Assembly: GCA_002269645.1 (NCBI GenBank)
Contig: NIVC01002296.1
Coordinates: 62,001 to 126,000, forward strand
Source: Macrostomum lignano
Lineage: Eukaryota
Length of the DNA stretch: 64,000 nt
Reading direction: 5' to 3'
Each line of letters begins with the position of its first letter. Position 1 is the first letter of the stretch. The translations under genes and the position numbers were made by a program. The notes beneath the pieces were generated by a model. The model saw only the letters and a program-made list of their open reading frames with translations. It did no database searches and was not told where the DNA came from. Below, piece by piece: positions 1-12,600 of this stretch.

Positions 1-233
1 AACAGTTGGCACGGACCGTCGGCAGTGGTGAAGGCCTGGCAGCGCTGGCTGTCGCTGCACAGCATGGCGCACTCGCGCTCGGAGCCGGTGCTGTGGGTCT
101 CAGTGAACTCGCTGCCGATGCACAGGCTGCCGTTCACGCTGTGGAACTGCTGGGCCAGTCCGGCCCGCACCGCCGGCCGCGGCACCGAGCCGGCCAGCAG
201 AATCAGGAAGGCCAGGAGGTGAGCGGCAGCCAT
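1..233 (-). CDS. Secreted PAN/Apple-domain protein, 5' part (runs off window)
   Basis: Manual translation from ATG at 233: MAAAHLLAFLILLAGSVPRPAVRAGLAQQFHSVNGSLCIGSEFTETHSTGSERECAMLCSDSQRCQAFTTADGPCQL. It has a signal peptide and the PAN cysteine pattern C...CxxxC.....CxAF......C. Codons are GC3-rich and an acceptor ctcccag lies 5 nt upstream. Confidence 0.8.
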   Translation of the reverse strand, partial: MAAAHLLAFLILLAGSVPRPAVRAGLAQQFHSVNGSLCIGSEFTETHSTGSERECAMLCSDSQRCQAFTTADGPCQL

Positions 234-419
234 TCTTGCTGGGAGTTGAGGCTGTGGCGCTTGACTGGATTCGGGCATCTGCAGCTTTCCGGGAGAAGAA
301 CGGCTGGCTTAATACTCTCGCCCTCATCCGCAGCGGCTTCCTTGATTGGCTGTGTAGACAACGCCTCTTTTTTGTTTGTCATGACGACAGAGACGCGGAA
401 GAAGCAGCTCTGTACTCAG

Positions 420-616
420 GGACTACTCAAACACCGGGACGGTAAGCTAGGAATTTTTTAAGAGGCTGGTCCTTTAGCAGCAGTAGAAAATAACCCTAGA
501 CAACAAAGTAACACAGCATCGCTCTAATGAAAATAAGCCAGCCAGCCCCGTCAGCTGCTTAAAAAGACCAGCCTCGTAAAAAATTCCTAGTTTCTGTCCC
601 GGTGTTTGAGTAGTCC
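420..616. mobile_element. MITE / foldback element
   Basis: ggactactcaaacaccgggac..ctaggaatttttt at the left is the reverse complement of aaaaaattcctag..gtcccggtgtttgagtagtcc at the right. The inner arms (gaggctggtc / gaccagcctc) also pair. No clear TSD. Confidence 0.7.
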
Positions 617-1330
617 ATGTCTATACTGCAGTGTGAAGTCTGGGTTTGCGTGCCGAAAAGGTGGCCTCTGTATGGCTCTGTTTACTCAATATATTTATTA
701 GTCAATATTGTGGGGTGGGGTGCAGCGATGCGCGATTGGTCGAGAATTGGTAAACAAGTTTAGGCGAGAGAATGAGTCATGAATAATAATGTGGGGCAGA
801 GAGTGCAGCGCACGGCCTACGCCCTACATGCAGCTCACAGCTTCACTTGCCAATTAATTGGAAGATCGAACGAAGCAGCTTTTCATGCATCTGACGACTG
901 CGAGCTGTTCTTGACTGCGCCTGCACTCTCGCAGCTCAGCCACTGCTATGCAAAATTAATGAAACAGCTGATGAATGAGCTCAAATGGGGCAAAGCTGCC
1001 AGTAGGCAATTCTCTCAACGCAGTGAAAACTTTTAACGAAAAAAAAACATCTGTTTTAGGCTCTCTTCTAGGAGTATATGGAGTAGTAATTTGCTGCATT
1101 CTTCCTTGTTTAAAACAGGCCGTTTATTCCTTGTATGCGCAGCTAAGGGCCTCCCTGTGTTTGGGCACAGGCCTATGGTTTAATCAAGGAGTCCCAAGGA
1201 CTACTAGAACGAAGTATTCTTAGTGGTCCTTGAGTTTAATTCCGACTTGCATGCAGACGAGGTTTCCCAATTAAAATTTTGTACATGTACATGTTAACTA
1301 ATTGCTTGTTCGTACTCAAACCTTCAGGCA

Positions 1331-1502
1331 AGAGTTGCTCGGATCTTCAGATGAGAGTTGCTCAGATCTTCAGATGAGAGTTGCTCGGATCTTCAGATAA
1401 GAGTTGCTCAGACCATAATTATTTGATGGCCGAGAAGTTGATAATGCAGTAAGAACGACGTTCTAGGCCGAGAAGTTGATAATGCAGTGAGAACGACGTT
1501 CG
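1331..1502. repeat. Two short tandem arrays (23-mer x~4; ~39-mer x2)
   Basis: gagagttgctcggatcttcagat repeats, followed by two copies of ggccgagaagttgataatgcagt(a/g)agaacgacgtt. Confidence 0.8.
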
Positions 1503-3189
1503 AGAAAAAGTGCCTCCTCGAACAACTAAAGTACATACAGGAAACTACCCGGTTTTCGTAGAATTGGATGGATGCCAGCACGGAAAGTTTGTTTTCGCTG
1601 GTGCATTTGGAATTCCAAATTTTTGTGTCTGCAGTTTTTACCCAGCCAAGAGCTGCGTCATCGACTCGCGCATCAGGACCCAGCAGCACCATTCAACATG
1701 AGCGAACTACACTACCTGCAGGCAATCCAGAGGCTCTGTCTCCCAGCTCTCACCAGCGCCGGAAGCTCCTCTGATTGCGCCTCTCGCAGAGACATCCGGG
1801 CTACCACCATATGACCCTCTCAGGTGACGGCCGCTTTACCAGGCACCAGCACATGTAACCCGCAGGCAGGGCATACCAGCAACGCGAACTGCAGTTTCTG
1901 CAATTCAGGTGGCGAAACCGCTGAATAAAATCAGCTCATGCGCTACCTCCGGGTCACCCATAAGCCACCCATGCGCTACCTCAAGGCAATACATGAAGCG
2001 GTGATGTACGAGTGGTACATTAACAATTTTAGATCTTAGACAAGCAACAGAAGAATCCTGCGCTACTTGCTTGCTGAGGAAGTCTTGCAGCATCAAACAG
2101 AGAAGTATATTTGAAGAAAACTAATTCCTAATGAAGCTGTCATATATTGCTGACTACAGGTAATTGACATTTTTTCTCGCTATTTTTCAAAAGCAAAACA
2201 ATACTGCGGGAACAAGCTCTAAATTTCTCTTACTTGCCAAAATTTTCCGAGCAAAAGATCATATAGAATATTTTGCAACGCAGATTTTGTTCCGCAGCTA
2301 TGCGGAACATTTTGGAGCAATGCAAAGATACAATTTACAGAGGAAGAAATGCACAGCTGATTGATAAATGTGGCTCTCAGTAACAAAATATGAATATTTA
2401 TAATCAGGTAGCATGGAGCAGGCTGCTAAAATTCACGCAAAGAATAAAGTACAAAATAGAAAATGTAAAAGAATCACATATATATGTAGCTAAATATGGT
2501 CAATGCATTTGAACTAAAACTGAACCTTTACATTCATTTTTACTAAATTTTACGAAAATTATGAATTTAGGTACGAGCGCTATTGTGTGCTCTTTCTGAT
2601 CCATTTCCTAGAAATACTAACGCAATGTTTTCCTACAATGAATCTAAAACTAGACAAATTTGGACATTGACCTTTTAGCTTTGAATAAACGGACATAACA
2701 CAATACTCGTAAGAGACGAAAAAGACGTATGTAGACAGACAGGCATTACAACATGAGTCACGTAAACTTATTCGGATAAATAAGAATTGAGGTCGAGATT
2801 CAAACTAAGACACCTGAGCTCGAGAATTTCGTAAAAAGCGTGAAAACTTTTTTAGTCTCTTCTCAGGCTTAAACAGCTTTGTCAGCTGCCACTTGATTTC
2901 ACTCGATGTTGCGCACATCAAGCATGCTAAATGCTGAACCAGCTTTCACTCCAGTGACCGCATAAATGTCTCCGGGATGGCGGCGTTTTAAGTCGAAGCC
3001 AAACTTTGTTTTCTGGTTCGTCTTCGCGCTTTCTCGGTTGGCAGCGGTAGAAAAGCCATCTAAAATTAGAATTCCATTCATACTGAGAACAACATTCAAC
3101 ATTTCCAACTCTGAGCATCGATAAATCACTGATGTGCAAGTGAAAATATGTATAGATCACACGAATATTTTTTACATTTGATTATGTGA

Positions 3190-3404
3190 CCGAGCCGAGA
3201 GGCAGGGTACGCACAGGCACACATTCCCACAGGAGTGTACAGCGGCCCTAACTTTATATTTATCGTTAGGCGCGTACACTTCACTGTGCCTTGGGGGTCG
3301 GCCCTCCAGGCAGAGCCAAGCCAAGATTCAAATTATCCCCAAATAAATGTGGCTGCACTTGGAATCGAGCCTCGGCCGCTGGACCACTAGGCTACGGCCC
3401 TCCC
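3190..3404 (-). mobile_element. tRNA-derived SINE, copy A
   Basis: On the minus strand: A box tagcctagtgg, B box ggctcgattcc, then core gagggccgacccccaaggcac...gcctaacga...ttagggccgctgt, shared with the copies at 59.7 kb and 62.6 kb. Confidence 0.7.
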
Positions 3405-4272
3405 GAACGAGCCTTTACATTTCAACCTCGGAAAACGATGCAACTTACACCTTAGTCAGATACGAGAGCAAATAAATATGGGAGGGTGAATGAATCAAGA
3501 TAGGTTTTATTCGTTTAAAAACTCGAATACTAAACGAGAATGGCCTCCCTGGACAAGCAACATGGCAGCAACTCTATGCAGCATCTCCAAGATGAGGCTC
3601 CGCAGAATATCCCGAGCAAGAATCTTGACAAGCCTCTGCAGTGGCCTGGCGAGGCTGTGCACAGTTTTAGGATGGACATGCGGTGAAGCGGTGGGTATGT
3701 CAGCGTCAGTAGTTTAATGCCATCTGAGGGTAGAAACCTACCCACCGCTCAAGCACTTTTATTAAAGCATAGCTACACGTATAGCACTTGTGTAAAATGC
3801 TTTCATACCTGAACTGATTAAAGAAGTCGATTGGCGGACACACTGGTCGTCAGGATAACCTGGGATAGACTCTGGTGCAAGCGCTGCTTCTAAAAATATG
3901 AAAGACGAAGCTGAACTTCGGAGCACATATTTATTTTAATACTTTCATTTAATCATCTATGGAACACTATAGTGTGTAGACTAGAGCCTTTACTTCTGAG
4001 TTGATTTTAGGATTTTAATTAGTTTCATTGATCCAAACTAGACAATATTCCAAATATGTTCATAGAGGCAACAATACGCCAGTAACAACTGACCTTGAAC
4101 ACGGCACGCTGATGATGAATGGCCCCGTGTAAAAACGAATGGAATGGCGTCTTGCTTGCTTGGCAAATCTGCAGCTTCTATAACATGCGGAGCTAGAAAC
4201 AAGAAAATAGAAATGTGTTGTATTTTTATGCTATGAATACTTTTTTTATAAACAGCCGTTAGTTAAAAGAAA

Positions 4273-6108
4273 CTACATACCAAGAGACGCAGAGATATCA
4301 TCCGACGGTCGAACCATAGCAGAGTCATTTTCCGGAGTTAAAGACGAGTTACGCAGTAGCAAGTCACAAGGCGGAGTAGCAGGCACAAGAGATACAAGTG
4401 ACTTAGGTGCGCCAACTACGTCGGGTATTCTGCTGCTAGATGAAGAAAGTAATGGATGTGACTTCTGCTTTGAGGATTTCAAGACTTTAGGTGGCACTCT
4501 GATTTCCTCATCAGCGTCCAGATCTAGGTCAACATTAGGCAAGGCATCAATATGATGACCTGTCGATGAGTGGCAAGAGGCGGAGATAAAACCAGGTAGC
4601 AATACTTGACCACTGAGTGGGTTGTGTCGAAATATAGTTTTGAAGTGCTGCTATCAAGGTGATTTTGAGACGGGATGTCTGAATGTGAGTTTCCATGCGA
4701 TTCATTGTTCTGAATTGAGAATTTAAGACGCTTCATGTCGTCGAGCGCATTTCAATCTCGTGCTCGCTGCGAAAACTATTGAAGACCATTTCGACTGTTT
4801 CTTCCGAGTCGTAAGATTGCGCTTTCTCTGGCGCATCGATATCCTGAGACCCAGAGTCGTAATTTTTGCTAGTATTTCCAAGCAAATCTCTCAGAAATGA
4901 ATTCACTTCAACAAGGCAGCTAGAGACACTGACAGAAGATCTTTCAAACGAGTCTCTTAGAAATGGATTGATAATACGACTAGCGATTGATTTGTTGTCC
5001 ATTGTCACGAAGTCGAGGCTCTGTTGATAAATTCGTTTGAAGCAATTCTCTGACAGATTCAAAGAAGTGCACAACTCCGAAAGTAACATAAAAGGCCTGG
5101 TATCCATCGAATTAACTGAGTTGAGAACATAAATAGTCGGTAGTCTTTTTTCGCCAACTATAGGCGTGTAGGCCCCTGATTCAGTAGCACTACCAGTGGC
5201 ATTATCAGCCAACACACATCGAATATAATCACGGACTTCGGTGGAAGTTTCAATTTCAACAATAGATTTTCCGGCTTTGTCCTTTGCTGCAATGTCTGTG
5301 CCGAACTCAACCAGAAGCTTTACAATATTTAGATGTGCCTTGCAAACGGCTTCGTAAAGAGGAGTTGTACTGTTATCTCCCCCATACTCATTTGGTGAAG
5401 CACCTGCTCTAAGCAATAGCTTTGCAGCTTCATAGTTTCCAATGGAGCAAGCCATGTGCAGCGGAGTAAAATTAGCATTATCACGACACGCCAGCATGTT
5501 TCGTTCTTTGAATACTTCAATTGTAAATTCCAGTGTTGACTTGTGCAAAGACCCCATAGCAATGTGCAAAGAAGTCCTTCCAACATGGTCAACTGTTGGT
5601 ATTCCATCAGGATCGAAAGAAGCGGCTACAATGGGATCCAGGGCGCTTAACTTTGCTTGGACAGTTGATGCAGAACAATGGCTCCGTGCCCGTGCTAGTT
5701 GACTTTGACCTGATTTAGCAGTTGGGTGGATTAACCGCGTTAAGTCTCGTTGTTTATTTATACACTGACGCTGACGTTTAAAGTCCACCAGTTGCATCCT
5801 TTTGGATTGTTGCTTAAAAATTCTGGTTAAGCAAATCTTTTTTTGAATTGATGACCTGGATTTTTTTAGTACCTTTTTCAGCTCTTACACTTTTTTTTCG
5901 AAGCCAGTCCTTTGGTGGCATGATGATCGAAGGACTTCGGTTTGCTAATGGTCAATGGAGTGGAAGAATCACACTCATCGAGTAGCGAGGCCTTTAACCA
6001 ATCTTTAACCAGCCTTTCTGTCTTTTCAGATGGTTTCTGTGCTACATGCTTGGCACTCTGCGCTACAGTCTGCAATGAATTTGCTTGAAATGTTGACATG
6101 CTTGGCAT
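4273..6108 (-). CDS. BCOR: BCOR/BCORL1-like protein (ankyrin repeats + C-terminal PUFD domain); frameshifted in this sequence
   Basis: Main ORF 4733-5797 has ankyrin repeats (RDNANFTPLHMAC, TTPLYEAVCKAHLNIVKLLVEFG) resembling BCOR RDNAGYCALHEAC / [22 protein letters not shown]. These are followed by LPTIY..FMLLSELCTSLNLSENCF..LVEVNSFLRDLLG, resembling PUFD LPCY..WLLLSDVLKKLKMSSRIF..LVEFTNEIQTLLG (compared from memory). Flanking ORFs 5878-6108, 4524-4736 and 4273-4602 are in other frames. The 5' end is unresolved. Confidence 0.7.
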
Positions 6109-6306
6109 TAGCTGGAATAGCTATAGCTATGGATGCTTCAGAAAAGCAAACCAACAAGTCTTTACTATCAGTTGCCTATAACAGTACTGCCAAGATGAGT
6201 TAACTATGCAATGTTCTTTAGTTTACATTGTGACAGCAGCAATAGATGTTGATAGTAGACACAAGGTTATGAATAATTTTAGCAGGTCAGCATTGAATAC
6301 ACACAT

Positions 6307-6459
6307 GCGCAACCTTGGGAATCACCCGGCTGTTTCTATTGGCAACACACACATGTAAGTCACTATTGGCTAAGAGCAGTATGACTACTATTCTGTCCAA
6401 TAGCAACTTACATGTGTGTGTTGCCAATAGAAATGGCCGAGTGAATCCCAAAGTTGCGC
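6307..6459. mobile_element. Palindromic MITE (~150 bp)
   Basis: gcgcaaccttgggaatcacccggctgtttctattggcaacacacacatgtaagt pairs with acttacatgtgtgtgttgccaatagaaatggccgagtgaatcccaaagttgcgc. Confidence 0.8.
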
Positions 6460-6619
6460 CCAAGCATGATTGAATAGCAGATAGATACAAATGTTCTACT
6501 CTATGCTGACTAGCTAAAGAATTCCACACTGTCTACTGAGGCCATAAATGAGCTGCCTTCAGGTCAAGTACATTATTAAAGCAATGAAAGAGGATGATTG
6601 TGACGGTTGCAATGACAAG

Positions 6620-6895
6620 TGATTAATTATTATCTCTTGACCTCTCTTATTGCTACTCTCTTATCTATCATATATCATCTCTCATCTCTGCACTCTCATC
6701 TCTACTCTCTCCTCTCTACTTTGTCTTTTCTCTCTCATCTCTCCTCCTTACTCTTCCCTCTCATCTCTTCTGTCTCCTATTATCTCTTTTCTCTACTCTG
6801 TCATCTCTTTTCTCATCTCTCTCTTCTTTCCCTTCTTCTCTTTTCTTGCTTCACTCTCTTCTCTATACTCTCCCCTCTTCTCTACTCTTTCTGCC
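6620..6895. repeat. CT-rich low-complexity tract
   Basis: Degenerate tctc/ctct run; source of the L/S-rich spurious ORFs. Confidence 0.75.
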
Positions 6896-7006
6896 AGCTA
6901 AATAGTGATGAGCTCATTTGACCAGTAGTGGAGGACCACTGCAGCTAAATAGTAACAAGCTTATTTTATTAGTGCCAGCTAAATAGTAGCAAACTTATTT
7001 GACTGA

Positions 7007-7194
7007 TAGGGAATACAATCCTAGGATCCCAGAATATTTTGTTCTATTCTACTTTATTATTAATTTGTGCCAGGATCCCAGGATTGGCAAGGTCTAGGAT
7101 ATCCCGATCCCAAGAATCCTAGAATTTTTTAAGTCTGGGATATCCTGATCCCAAAAATCTTGGATTAGCAAAACTTGGGATTTTGTATTCCCTA
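7007..7194. mobile_element. hAT-like MITE
   Basis: TIR tagggaataca / tgtattcccta, internal ggatccc repeats, and flanking duplication ttgactg on both sides (7-8 bp). Confidence 0.7.
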
Positions 7195-8471
7195 TTTGAC
7201 TGGTACTAACTAAATAATCACTGCCTTTATAATACCTACTTACTAAACATTAAAAGTATCAAACACAAATCTTTAAATGCAATCACCAATTGAAACAACT
7301 TAAATTATAGTTAGATATAGCTTAGTCAAGAAAATACTGATAGAAATTACAAAGGTCTTGATGCATTATCTAAACCATTTTTAAAAATCAAATTTCAAAA
7401 TTTTAAGCACTAGTTACAAATGCTTAGTTCCAATAATAACATATTAGAATTAGGCTTCATTTTTAATATACAACTTTTTTTAGAACTGTATGATTTCGAA
7501 GCTTGGCCATTTTATTATACAATATACTGTATAAATTTTAGAAATATTTTGTATATTTTATATATTCTACACACATATTATCTTTGCTTTAATTGATAAG
7601 CAAAAAACTACTATAAATAAGAGCCAGTTAAAATTCAACAAACAAACTAAATTAGGTATCAACAGCAAAATAAATTTAGATAGAAAAAAACAAGCACTGT
7701 TTGGGCTAGAAACAAAACATCCAATCCTTCCAAGGTTTGTGTTTGTCCATGAGTATGTCACATAATTCAAAACTGTGTTATAGCTTGAATTTGGATTTTT
7801 CTTGAGGACAAACCTTGTAGCTTTGGCAAGAGCATAGCCAGGAATTTCCTACAGGGGGATATACATACCAAAGTAAAAATGCTATGACAGAGTCATATGG
7901 TAGCATATATAGCAACAAAGGGCAACAAATAGGTTTTGGTCAGGCTCTTTGGGGGTACATCCCCTATCCCCCCTCTCTATGCCAATGAGCATGAGCACTA
8001 GAATACACAAATGGCTAAAATATCTAATGGTATATTGAAAATTCTAATAAACTTTCTGAGTGTAGATCATTGATAACATTAAGGAGGACAAGGAAAGTTT
8101 AAAAAGTGAAAACTTTGATTATTGCAATTATTTTTGCATTTAAGAACTATTCTATAAAAACTTAATACTATTTTTTTAGGTTTCTCAGTGACTGAATCAA
8201 AAATGCATAGACATAATATTAATTTTTTTATTATTGTTAGTAGTAAGACTAATATGTAAGTTTTTTTAGCAATTGGCATTAGGGCACTAGGCCCCCTTGT
8301 GAAAAATTTCAACTTTATTCTAGTTTGTATTTTATTTGCTAATTCTCAGTATATCTGACTTGTTCATGATTCATTAAATAACAGAGTGATTCAAGCAGTC
8401 GTGTTGAAGTTAGGATTAAAGGCTCGTTCACATCATACCATTCTTAACATCAGTGAAACAGGCTGTTTTTT

Positions 8472-9318
8472 GGTTTCCATGCATTTCAGTGCCTGTGCTT
8501 TTCGGTGCCTGGCATTTCGGTGCCCCAGATTGCCTTTCGGTGCCCCAGTTTATATTACGCCAAAATGATGATACTAAAAAACCTATAATATAATAAATAC
8601 TTTACAAAATGTTTGATATTTTTAATAAAAGCAGTATTAATTTTGTTAAACTGGCGTGTTTTTTTTAAATTGGAAAAATCTGTTCAATTTAATTGCACAG
8701 TTGCTGTATCCTGTATATACAATATAAGCTGGCTGCACTCAGCAAGCGTGCTAGTGCTATGAAGACTTAGTTAGTAAAGTTAAAATCCATCAACAATGCT
8801 ATATATAGTTTTGATCGAAATTATGAAATGTGACAAGTCTACATGTATTTTAGTTAGTATTGATTTTTTGAATCACCCGATCATGTTTTACTTCATAAAA
8901 CTGCCTAGGAAATGAAGCGAGTATTATTTAATGAACTGAAATCTTTTTGGGCATAACTATTGGACCATAATCTAAATCTATAAGATTTTATTACAAGCGC
9001 ATTTGGGGCATTAGTTTAAAATTTTGACGCGGCTGAGACGCGCGGCTATAGCGACATGGAAGTAAATCGAATCGAGTAGGCCTAATCGAAAACCATATTT
9101 TGAATTCATTAAAACAGCAGGTCAGCTTAACTAAATGAATAATACTTTATTTTTTTAAGTAAATAAGTACCGCAAAGACAAAGCACTTACTGCTAAATTA
9201 GAGCTCAATCTCTATATTTTGTGTCCAATTCTAATGTATAATTTGGGCACCGAAAAGCAAGCTGGGGCACCGAAATGACGGGCACCGAAAAGCACAGGCA
9301 CCGAAAAGCGTGGATACC
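8472..9318. mobile_element. Non-autonomous TIR element (Mutator/foldback-like)
   Basis: ~90-bp imperfect TIRs built of tttcggtgcc / ggcaccgaaa subrepeats, termini ggtttcc / ggatacc, and gtttttt on both flanks. Superfamily assignment is inference. Confidence 0.7.
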
Positions 9319-9682
9319 GTTTTTTAGGTCGAAAAATGAAAGCCCTAATTAAAGTTAAAAGTGTTCGTGCTTAATGTTATAAAAACTTTACTTTATTAAC
9401 TGCTAGTTAGTGTTATTCACTTTTAATTAACTTATTGACCAAAAATACACAATTTTAGATGCGTTTTTTATAATCAAAGTAAAAAATTTTGTTTAAAACA
9501 AAAAATAATTCAAATGTTAAAAATATATTTATTACTAGTCAATATTGCATGATCATATTCGTTTATAATCTATCTACCCACCCAAAATTAGTATATTTTG
9601 TCTGTGCCTTCTTCATTGTAAAGCACAGAATTAAATTTGCAAATTTTTGTTGCCTCTAAACGTTAAATAGATATATTAAAAG

Positions 9683-12600
9683 ATGAAGTGCTCTATTGTA
9701 GCTCTTTCTTTGCTAATGATTGTTATCGTTTGCATTCAAGGTAGGTGTATGTGTAATATTGTTCCTTTATATTCCTTTATTTCTTATTCCTTATTCCTTT
9801 CCTTATGTTCCTTTATAAGATATAAAACTATCAGAAATTGAAACTACTACAGAGATACATTTAAGCATTTTTGCTGTGTAATTTTGTATTGATAATAGTT
9901 GGTATGTATAAAAAATCTAGAGTTAAGGCCTATTTCCTGACAAACCTTATTAAATTTCAAATGGATCAATGAATGATGTTTTGTTTTAAATATTAAATAA
10001 TGGAAATAACAATTATTTGTTTTATGCTTATAGGCCTTCTTATGCTTTAGGCCTATCCTATAGAATCAATTTTTAAGTTTTTTTCTCTTGAATTTGATTC
10101 CTTTTTTAATTTTAGTTTTAGAGGTCTAAAATATAAAACATATAAACAAATTAATTGTTCAATATCTAATTGTTTGTTATAGTCAATTTCAGCCAAAAAT
10201 TCAACTTACTAAAAAAAGAAAGCAAAGCAAAATAAATATATTGTTGGATAAATAGCAGGAATTACTAATCTATAACAATATTTTGAAGGCTACATGTTTT
10301 ATTATCTAATTAGTACTATAGGTAGATGGCTACTTGTCACTTTAGCAATGGAAATTTTGGTGACAAAACAATTTTGCAATTGTCACTTTGGTGACAACTG
10401 ACAATGTTAGGCCATTTCAGTGAATTTTCCTTTATAACTAATTTATGGACTTGGATGTGGACCCAGACTAATGCCATTTTGATATTTGCTAATTTACAGA
10501 CTGGAGTACCCATTTTATGTAGGCCTCAGTGTTGGGCACTAGTCCGTTAATAAGCAGTAATCTGTTAATAAACGTTAATAAGCATTAAGATTTTTCATTA
10601 ATGTTAATAGACTGTTGTTAAGATTTTTTTGAACTAATGGATTAACAAATTTGCGTTAAAAATTTTGAAGATTAAAGATGCAAAGAAAGAACGAAAAATA
10701 GAAGTCTTACAAAAAGTTTAAACATTACAAATGTATTTGAGCTTGCCTATATGCCTAAATATAATCTCTTTATTTATGACAATGATCATACAGATGTACA
10801 TGTAATTAACAACTTCTTACAAATAAACTTTAAAATAATGAATTAAAATAGTGTGAAACTTTATTTCTTGCGTGTGAGCATCGATCGCTTTGATTCACTT
10901 CTGTCCCAATCTTTCGCAACCTTCTGCTACGCCTGCTAATAGTACTGAAACAACCTTCCTATGCATATTTAATTGTGAATTTCTCGCTATTAGCTTTGAA
11001 GTTTCAAATAAAATAAGTTATTTTTTTACCATATGCTTTACTTTTAGTAGTATTATGCATGCAATTTTTTTAAAATGATTATTTATTATTTTTTAGCTTT
11101 CAAATCGCTTAGATGACCTCTGTGTTTCGCTAAAAAGATGGAATAGCAAAGATGTGTAATACGAAGTCTGTTTTGGAAAAAATGTGCAAGATTTCTGTAC
11201 TTTCTGTGTTAACTGTAACGGATTAACACTTATTAATGATTATCAATTAACTTTCAGTTAACTTAACAAAATTAGGAGTTAAAAAGTTAAGATTTTTTGT
11301 TTTAATGCTAACGCTTTTGCTATTAACGGAAGTTAAGATTTTCATTAATGGTGCCCAACACTGGTAGGCCTACTTAAACTTGAAATTTAATGTGTTAAAA
11401 TTAATAAAAAGTTTTAAATTGGATATTGGTTTGGGTCCAAGTCCATATAATATAATCCATTAATTAGTTAGTGGAATTCTTTAAAATATATCAATTTATC
11501 AAAATAAAGAAATAGTTGCTGCTTGATATTTCAATAGTCTAATTACTTTATAACCTCTAATATATTATTTTATAATGAATTTTATTCAATTTAAAATCAA
11601 TAGGTTTTTCAAGTGTTTTAACAAAATGCATAGCTGCGGACTTTTTATTTTAGTATTAAAGTAAAAAATTATTGTCTGTGACTTTATTTATATAGTTCAT
11701 TTAACCCTCAGAATAAATGAAATATATATGTAAATAATTTATCAAATCAAGACTTATTCTTAACCTCATATATAAGAATCAATAATTCCACTTGCTAGAC
11801 AATTTGGCCTAAAAGATAAGAGCCCTGATTCAAATGGCTCATCAGAAGCAGAATATGAATCTAGTAAAGATACAAGCTATTAAAACATGCAAATTTTGAA
11901 GTCATGATCAAACAAAAACTTGTTGATTGTTAGGAAAAAGGCAAACAAAAATGGGAGTAAATGCATGTTAAATTAAGAGTTGAAGACATTTTAACAGAAA
12001 CTTCTCTTCTCTCTTCAAACTTTTATCTGTCTCCTCTTTTCTTTTCTCTTATCCCTTTTCTATTGTATCTCTTTTCTACACTCCCATCAGCTCTCCTCTT
12101 GTCTCTCAACTCTACTCTCTTATCTAATCTCCTCTCTGATCTCTAATCTTTTCTCTTTTCCATCTCCTCTCTTTTCTACTCTCTCATCTCTTTTCTTTCC
12201 TCTCATATCCTCTTTATCCTCCTTTCATCTACTCTTTCCTCTCCTTTCTCCTCTTCTCACTGCTCTTTTATGTCATCTATCATCTATCATCTCTCTCCTC
12301 TCATTTCCTCTTCTATCTTTTCTCTTATCATATCTTTTGCCTCTTCTTTGTTTGCTCATCTCTAATCTTCTATTCCCTTTCCTTTAAAGTAAAAAAAAAC
12401 ATTTTTGCTGACATACATGCGCAACAGTCAGCCAAGTCGGCCGATCTGGCCAATTGATTTAGCGGCCAACCAAGGAGGTTGCAAAAATGCCCACCCGAAA
12501 AAATACCCTAGTAGTAGTACTAAGTAGCTGATAATGCATATTGTCAAAATAAGACAGTCATAGTTACTCCTGTTGCTTACCCAAAGTTGCGTTAATTTTG

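Noticed and set aside
2899-3129. Short ORF with ESAKTNQ, reminiscent of the tyrosine-recombinase KSKTDQ motif
   Set aside because: No catalytic R-H-R-Y residues or other context; single-motif resemblance only
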